DNA from: Chiloscyllium plagiosum
Lineage: Eukaryota
Direction of reading: 5' to 3'
Assembly: GCF_004010195.1 (NCBI RefSeq)
Contig: NC_057718.1
Span: forward strand, 369,796-411,323
Length of the DNA: 41,528 nucleotides
In this document: positions 34,888 through 41,528 of the stretch, piece by piece
Position numbering within the stretch: the first letter of the stretch is position 1
Layout: the number at the start of each line of letters is the position of its first letter
Made by a program: the position numbers and the translations under genes
The notes under the pieces: generated by a model
Databases searched by the model: none
Told to the model about the DNA's origin: nothing
What the model saw: only the letters and a program-made list of their open reading frames with translations

Positions 34888-35055
34888 AGCTCTGAAGTTC
34901 AACACAGAGGACTGACCTGCCAGAGGTCAAAGCATTTTCAGCAATGTGCAGAGATCTTTGTCTTTTACAAAAACAATACAATCTGGTCACTTTTGTAAAA
35001 CACTGATTAGACCTCAGCTGGGTTCAATTCAGAGCACGTCCACTTTCCAAAAGAT

Positions 35056-35148
35056 CCAAGCGTGTGGTGCTGGAAAAGCACAGCAGGTCAGGCAGCATCC
35101 AAGGAGCAGGAAAATTGACGTTTCGGGCAAAAGTCCTTCATCAGGAAT
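35056..35148 (-). mobile_element. 93-bp solo family A HHR tail inserted in a decayed CR1 (~34990-35350)
   Basis: HHR at 35117-35144(-): CTGATGA-aGGACttttGCCC-GAAACGTC. TSD CAAAAGAT at 35048-35055 and 35149-35156. Confidence 0.8.
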
Positions 35149-35479
35149 CAAAAGATGTTTAGGCTTTGGAAGATGGAGAATGACAGGGATATTGTAAGAG
35201 ATTTACTACAAATATACCAGAGTTAAGAGGTTTTAAAGATGTGGGGAGGCTTGTTCCTTTCACAGTAGAGGAGGTTAAGATGAAATTGAACAGATATGTT
35301 CAAAATGATGATGGATTTTCATCAAATAAACATGGAGAAATGATTTTGAGTGAGAAGACCTGTCAGTGCCAGATTTACCGAAGCACAGAGGTAGCTTAAA
35401 GGGATGCTTAAAGCAGCCTCAGTGTTAACGTGGAAAATTGGACGCCCAGCTGAAGGGGAAAGCAGGAACAGGCTATTAG

Positions 35480-35748
35480 AATCCCTTCAGTGAAAACAGG
35501 CCATTTGGCCCATCAAGTCCACACTGACACTCTGAAGGGCACCCCCTTGCCCCCCTCCCAATAACTCTGCATTCCACATGGCCAATTCACCTAACCTTGG
35601 ACTTTGGGAGGAAACCAGAGCACCGAGGGGAAACCCACACAGACACAGGGACAATGTGCAAACTCCACTCAGTCAGCTGAGGGTGGAAATGAACCCAGGA
35701 CCCAGGCACTGTGAAGCAGCAGTGCTAACCACTGAGCCACATGTGACC
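35480..35748 (-). mobile_element. HE1-like V-SINE
   Basis: A-box TGGCTCAGTGGTTA, B-box GGTTCATTTCC, V-domain GTGGAGTTTGCACATTGTCCCTGTGTCTGTGTGGGTTTCC, CR1-like tail. Confidence 0.85.
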
Positions 35749-37836
35749 CATTATTGAGTGGGATGATCATAGTGAATTGGCAAAGCAGGGTTAAAGGGCC
35801 GAATGGCCGAAAGCTTCTATTTTCTATGTTTTGTTTAGGCCTAAGCGAAAAGATCAGGGCGATGTAGGACACAATGGATAATTCTTTCAGCCATTCACCG
35901 CCTGATTCCTATTCCATATCATTCTCCAATTTGAAATCAGGGAAGCAGGAAGTTGCTTTTGGATGTTCCCCGACATCTGTCACTTGTGAGTGACCATAGG
36001 GAGCAGTATCTTGGTGAACTTGGTGTAATGTTTACATTAATTAAGCCTGTGATGTGTCAGTACAGATTCCCATCACTATGTCTTGAAACAGATTAGGAAG
36101 TTGAGAGTGGGAAAGGAAGTTGTGCACTCCAGATAACTGAGTGTCACAGTCAGCACAGGAAAGAAAGAACCAGGAGGAAGCTCAAGGACAGCCAAGGCTT
36201 AGCGAATAACTTTAATCAACCATTTTGTTGAATTAAAAACAGAACTAGCCTAAATGAAATATCTCCTGGTCAACCTCCTGGAGCAGATATTAACGTTAAA
36301 GTCTTTATCATGCACAGTCCACAAAAATCGGGAGGCTGGAGATGAAATCTAACTAGTATGGGACTTTGCCAAATGAGGCAGCTCCAGTAAACTGTTAGGG
36401 CTAATGTGGCAAGGGAATGGTAACCTGGATGAAACATTAAGGAGGAAACACAGAAAAAACAGATGAAAGAATACTTCAGAAATAGGAGCAGTCAGATGGG
36501 AAATGGAAGACAGATTAAGAGACAGATGTGGGAGCATAAGTGCCAATACACAAAGTGCAACAAAGAAATCTGATTCAAAGGATGGATAATATAATATTTC
36601 CAGTTCCAAGGAATTCAGGCAAGAAAGGAAAAGAAAGAAAAGGCCATTGGCAGCAGTAGTCATCAAAAAAAGGACAATTCTATTGAAGATCCAAAAGCTG
36701 AGGGTAGAATCTTGAGAAAGCCACCTAGATCTTGGTCACAGACTAAAGAGTCACTGAGAGTCTACTATTGCCTCTTTATAGAAAGGTCAGCACATCTTCT
36801 TCCAATCAGGCGCTCGACAGGTCAAGGACCCTGGGGACGGAAGTCATCGGCCAAGATCTCTTCCCCCAACTTCCTGTGGGTTAATACAACAGTAACAGGT
36901 TGAGGCCCTTCTCTAAGAACGAAGTTGCAGACAAAACAGGATTCCATCCATGGGCCTTCCCAACAAGACTGGACTGAATTGGTTGAACAGCCATGATCGT
37001 ATTAACTGGCAGAGCAGGCCTGGTGAGCTAAACCGTCTACTTTTGTTCTAAATGGATGGAGGCAGGAAGGCATTAGTGATCAGTGTCCTTTCACCTGATT
37101 TAAATGCTCCCACAATGGTAGGAATCTACTGATGACCATGAATCCTTTGTTGGTTGTCAGAAAAATCCATCTGGCTCACTTATATTCTTCAAGGAAGGAA
37201 ACCTGCCATCCTCACCTGGACCAGGGGATGTATGACTCCACAGCCTCAGCAATGTGGTTGATTTTAACTGCCCTCTGAAATGCTTAGCAAGCCACTCAGT
37301 TATCTCAATAAGTACTAAGTCTCAACAAAAAAAGATGGACAATCTGGCATCGAGCTAAGCACTGAAATGGACAGTGGCAGAAATAGCCGGGGGCTAGTGC
37401 CAAAACTGGGAAGCTCTCTCACAGAGTAGTCCAGCAACGGGATCAACAGCAGCAGAATTGTAACCAGTACAGCCTGTAACCTCATGGCCCGGCATATCCC
37501 CCACTCAACCATTCCCATCTGCCAGGGGGATCGACCCTGGTTCAATGGAGAGTGCAGGAGGGCATGCCAGGAGCAGCACCAGGCACACCTGAAACAGAGG
37601 TGTTCACCTGGTGAAGCTACCAAACAGGACTACTCACATTCCAAACAGCGTAAGCAACAAGTGATAGAACTAAGTGATCCACAAACAACAGATCAGGTCT
37701 AAGCTCTGCAGTCCTGCCATGTCCAGTGGAATGATGGTGGGAAATTAAACAACTCCCTGGAGAAGGAGGAGGTTCCACAGATATCCCCATCCTCAATGAT
37801 GAAAGAGCCCTGCACACTAGTGCAAACGATAAGGCT

Positions 37837-38244
37837 GAGTAGATAAGCAGGAGGCTGGAACAGCACAGCAAGCCAGGCAGCGTCAGGACATAGAGAAGCC
37901 CAATGTTTCTGGTATAACACTTCTTCGGGAATAGGGGTAGGGGCTTTTGCACCTAAAGGGGGAGTGGGTGAAAGGTTAAGGGTGGGGATGGAGTGGAGTG
38001 GTGAGGTAGTGATAACTGAATAAAAATAGTAAGTTTGACCTGGTAGATCGACAAGAGGCATGAATCTGGTTGGTAGATGGAAGGAGGGATTGGTCAGAGG
38101 GATGGAAAGGAACAGGTGAAGCTGAAAAGGGAGTCGGGGGGGAGAGTTGAGGAGGTTATTTGTAATTGGAGAACTCAATGTTAAGTCCTCCAGGCTGTAG
38201 GCTGCCCAGGCAGAAGATGAGGTGTTGTCCAAAGAACTAACAAA
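37837..38244 (-). mobile_element. Degenerate PLE 3' end (GIY-YIG terminus plus decayed family A-like tail)
   Basis: QHLIFCLGSLQPGGLNIEF at 38170-38228. TSD GATAAGGCT at 37828-37836 and 38245-38253. Confidence 0.75.
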
Positions 38245-38383
38245 GATAAGGCTAAAGCATTCACAGCAATCTTCAGCCAGAAGGGTAAAGGGATTGATCC
38301 ATCTCGGCTCCTCCAGTGGTCCCCAGTATCACAGAGACCAGTCTCCAACTAATTCCATTCACTCAACGTGATATCAAAAAACA

Positions 38384-39892
38384 TTCATAGACAGGGCCAG
38401 ACCAGATTTATCCTAGGCTGCTCCGGGAAGCGAGAAAGGAGGTTGCTAAGCCGCTGGCGAGGATATTTGCCTCCTCACTCTCCACAGGAGTCATACCGGA
38501 GGATTGGAAGGAGGCAAATGTTATTCCACTTTTCAGGAAGGGGAATAGGGAAATCTCTGGCAATTATAGACCAGTCAGTCTTACGTCTGTGGTCAGCAAA
38601 GTTTTGGAAAGAAGCCTGAGGGATAGGATTTATGACTATTTGGCAAAGCATAGTGTGATTAAAGGCAGTCAGCATGGCTTTGTGAGGGGCAGGTCATCCC
38701 TCACAAATCTTATTGAGTTCTTTGAGGAGGTGACAAGACAGGTCGACGATGGTCGAGCAGTGGATGTGGTGTATATGGACTTCAGCAAGGCATTTGATAA
38801 GGTTCCCCATGGTAGGCTCATTCATAAAGTCAGGAGGTATGGGATACAGGGAGATTTGGCTATCTGGATTCAGAATTGGTTGGCTGACAGAAGGCAGAGA
38901 GTGGTTGTAGATGGGAAGTATTCTGCCTGGAGGACAGTGTTGAGTGGGATCCCACAGGGTTCTGTTCTTGGGCCTCTGCTCTTTGTAGTTTTTATAAATG
39001 ACTTGGATGAGGAGGTTGAGGAATGGGTTAGTAAATTTGCCGATGACACAAAAGTTGGAGGTGTCGTCGATAGTGTAGAGGGCTATTGCAGGCTGCAGTG
39101 CGACATTGACAGGATGCAGAGCTGGGCAGAGAAATGGCAGATGGAGTTCAACCTGGATAAATGCGAAGTGATGCATTTTAGAAGGTCAAACGCGAATGCT
39201 GAATATAGGATTAAAGACAGGATTCTTGGCAATGTGGAGGACAGAGAGATCTGGGTGTGCAAGTACATAGGCTTTCATTAACAGGGGGATTGAGTTTAAG
39301 AGCCGCGAGGTTTTGCTGCAGCTCTACAAGTTCCTGGTGAGACTACACTTGGAAAATTGTGTCCAGTTCTGGTCGCCCTACTATAGGAAAGATACAGAGG
39401 CTTTGGAGAGGGTGCAAAGAAGGTTTACCAGGATGCTGCCTGGACTAGAGGGCTTGTCTTATGAAGAAAGGTTGACGAAGCTCAGAGTATCCTCTCTGGA
39501 GAGAAGGAGGAAAAGAGGAGACCTGATCGAGGTGTACAATATAATGAGAGGAATAGATAGAAACAATAGCTAGAGACTTTTCCCCAGGGTAGGATTGACT
39601 GGTATGAGAAGTTATAGTTTGAAGATATTAGGAGGAAGGTATAGAGGAGACGTCAGAGGTAGGTTCTTTACACAGAGAGTTGTGAATGCATAGAATGCAT
39701 TGCCAGCTGTGATGGTGGAAGCAGAGTCATTGGGGACATTTAAGCGACTGTTGAACATGCACATGGATAGCAGTGAGTTGAGGGGTGCGTAGGTTAGGTT
39801 ATTATATTTTACATTAGGATTAAATCTTGGCACAACATTGTGGGCCTAAGGGCCTGTTCTGTGCTGTACTTTTCTATGTTCTATGTTCTATG
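38384..39892 (+). mobile_element. 5'-truncated CR1 LINE with a near-complete RT
   Basis: ORF 38589..39281 QHGFVRGRSSLTNLIEFF..YMDFSKAFDKV..GIPQGSVLGP..KFADDTK. (TTCTATG)n tail. Confidence 0.95.
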
Positions 39893-40371
39893 ACACTGGA
39901 TACTGCAAAGGCTATGGGCCCTGATAACATTCCGCCAATAGTACTGAAGACTCGTGCTCCAGAACCTGCTGCTCTCCTGGCCAAGCTGTTCTAGTACAGT
40001 TACAGCGCTGGCATCTACCCGACAATGTGGAAAATTGTTCAGTTACGTCCTGCACATAAAATGTAGGACAAACCCAACCTGGCCAATTACCGCCCAATTA
40101 ATCTGCTCTCAATCCTCAGTAAAGTGATGGAAGGTGTCATCAACAGAGTTATCAAGCAGCACCTGCTCAGCAATAACCTGCTCAGTGACGCCCAGTTTGG
40201 GTTCCCCCAGGGTCACTCAGCTGCTGACCTCATTGCAGCCTTGGGTCAAACATGGAGAAAGGAGCTGAATCCCAGAGGGGAGGGGAGTGACAGCCCTTGA
40301 CATAGAGGCTGCTCATCTTGCAGAACCTGCGCCCACACCTTTCCCCCTCACTTCCCCCTCACCTCCCCCTC

Positions 40372-40497
40372 ACTAGACTGTGGGAGGAAACCAGAGCACC
40401 CAGAGGAAACCCTCACAGACACGGGGAGAATATGCAAACTCCACACAGACAGTCACCTGGTTCCCTGGTGATAACCACTGAGCCACTGTGCCACCCC
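40372..40497 (-). mobile_element. HE1-like V-SINE, partial
   Basis: GGGTGGCACAGTGGCTCAGTGGTTA head and V-domain; internal deletion removes the B-box. Confidence 0.8.
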
Positions 40498-40689
40498 TAA
40501 AAGATGGTATGCATCAGCAGTCTTTGTGCCAAACGTGTATCAATCAAATGACCAGGACTCAAAGTCAAAGAGGGCTAGCCCTCTGTCAGGTGCAGGGAGG
40601 CTGCTGTCAGTCACAGTTCCCAGATAGTCAGTCAAGGGTTTTTACCAATGCCAGTCCACAGGCTTGACCGCACTCATATGGCAAGTTGG

Positions 40690-41190
40690 GTGGTTATGGT
40701 CAGGATTCTCTCCTTGTAAAGGTTGAGGAGGTAAATGTCAGGCACCCCACAACTTGTCTTGGCTCCTTCTGCCATATAATGGGTGAGTCTCCTCTGGAAC
40801 GAGACAAAGGGAGGGATCGAGTGGCAGCGGGCACAGAGAAGATGCAGGGTCAGTAGTATGTGGGGATTGGGTGGGTGAGGTGAACTGAGGGCAAATGTTG
40901 CCTGAGAGACAGCGAGGGTGGCAGGCTTGCTGAAAGGTTGGTCCAGTCACAGAAACAGACTGAGTTTGAGGTAGTAGAGAAAAAATGGTGGCCATTTAGC
41001 CTGGTAGCAGTGACCTTCTTGGGATATTGCAGTGTGTTCACCCAGATGGATAAGACTGCCTGATTTCAGACACCAGCAGGGTCTGATTATACTTTCAGGA
41101 TCCTGGTGTTGTGGCCTTCATTCTTGCTGATGGAGTTGGCGCTATTAGATGTTTGTCTAGCAGTGAGGCCAAGCGTTTCTTTGGCTTGGC
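40690..41190 (-). pseudogene. Possible remnant of a Harbinger-type Myb/SANT-like gene
   Basis: After a cag acceptor: RRLTHYMAEGAKTSCGVPDIYLLNLYKERIL (compare the recalled KTGGG.P motif). Upstream NTLQYPKKV resembles QC.KK. Confidence 0.35.
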
Positions 41191-41218
41191 TGATGTTTAT
41201 TGATGTGAATATGGCTGT

Positions 41219-41528
41219 CATAGAGTCATAGAATCATAGAGATGTACAGCATGGAAACATACCCTTCAGTCCAACCCCTCCATGCCTACCAGATATAGAA
41301 CATAGAACATAGAACATAGAACATAGAAGAATACAGCGCAGTACAGGCCCTTCGGCCCTCGATGTTGCGCCGATCCAAGCCCACCTAACCTACACTAGCC
41401 CACTATCCTCCATATGCCTATCCAATGCCCGCTTAAATGCCCATAATGAGGGAGAGTCCACCACTGCTACTGGCAGGGCATTCCATGAACTCACGACTCG
41501 CTGAGTAAAGAACCTACCCCTAACATCT
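41219..41528 (-). mobile_element. Two nested CR1 3' ends; the younger (from ~41296) runs off the window
   Basis: catagagtcatagaatcatagagatgtacagc tail interrupted by an (ATAGAAC)n tail of the same subfamily as 2471-3101. Confidence 0.9.

Larger units (their letters stand above)
37125..40305 (+). mobile_element. Older LINE family copy in three pieces (37125-37836, 38245-38383, 39893-40305)
   Basis: Leader plus GLVPKLG start; RPWFNGECRRA; AMGPDNIPPIVLK..GIYPTMWK..NYRPINLLSILSKVMEG..AQFGFPQGHSAAD. Confidence 0.8.

Noticed and set aside
35700..35748. tRNA gene
   Set aside because: A and B boxes are followed by a V-SINE body with no cloverleaf, so this is a SINE head.
36690..36990. Possible non-autonomous DNA transposon remnant
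   Set aside because: Only vague resemblance. I could not identify terminal inverted repeats or a TSD.

Overview
Repeat-saturated eukaryotic DNA with no host protein-coding gene I can recognise. The mix of HER1-like CR1 LINEs with (TTCTATG)n tails, HE1-like V-SINEs and these Penelope-like elements (PLEs) suggests a cartilaginous fish, probably a shark; this is inference from repeat families only. Contents: one essentially full-length decayed CR1 (4348-9923, minus; zinc finger/SGNH-esterase ORF1 plus APE-RT ORF2) inside an older CR1; about 20 other CR1-type fragments; at least six PLE fragments with GIY-YIG endonuclease remnants; a Rex1/Babar 3' end; SINEs; a probable solo LTR; a possible Harbinger Myb/SANT remnant; a ~7.3 kb array of a 42-bp satellite with higher-order structure; and two assembly gaps. 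The most interesting signal is about a dozen minimal hammerhead-ribozyme (HHR) cores (CTGANGA-stemII-GAAACGTC/GAAAGCTA) in three sequence families. Several form short head-to-head palindromic insertions, some with target-site duplications (TSDs). Three unrelated insertions also hit the same homologous site of CR1. Element boundaries without a stated TSD are approximate.
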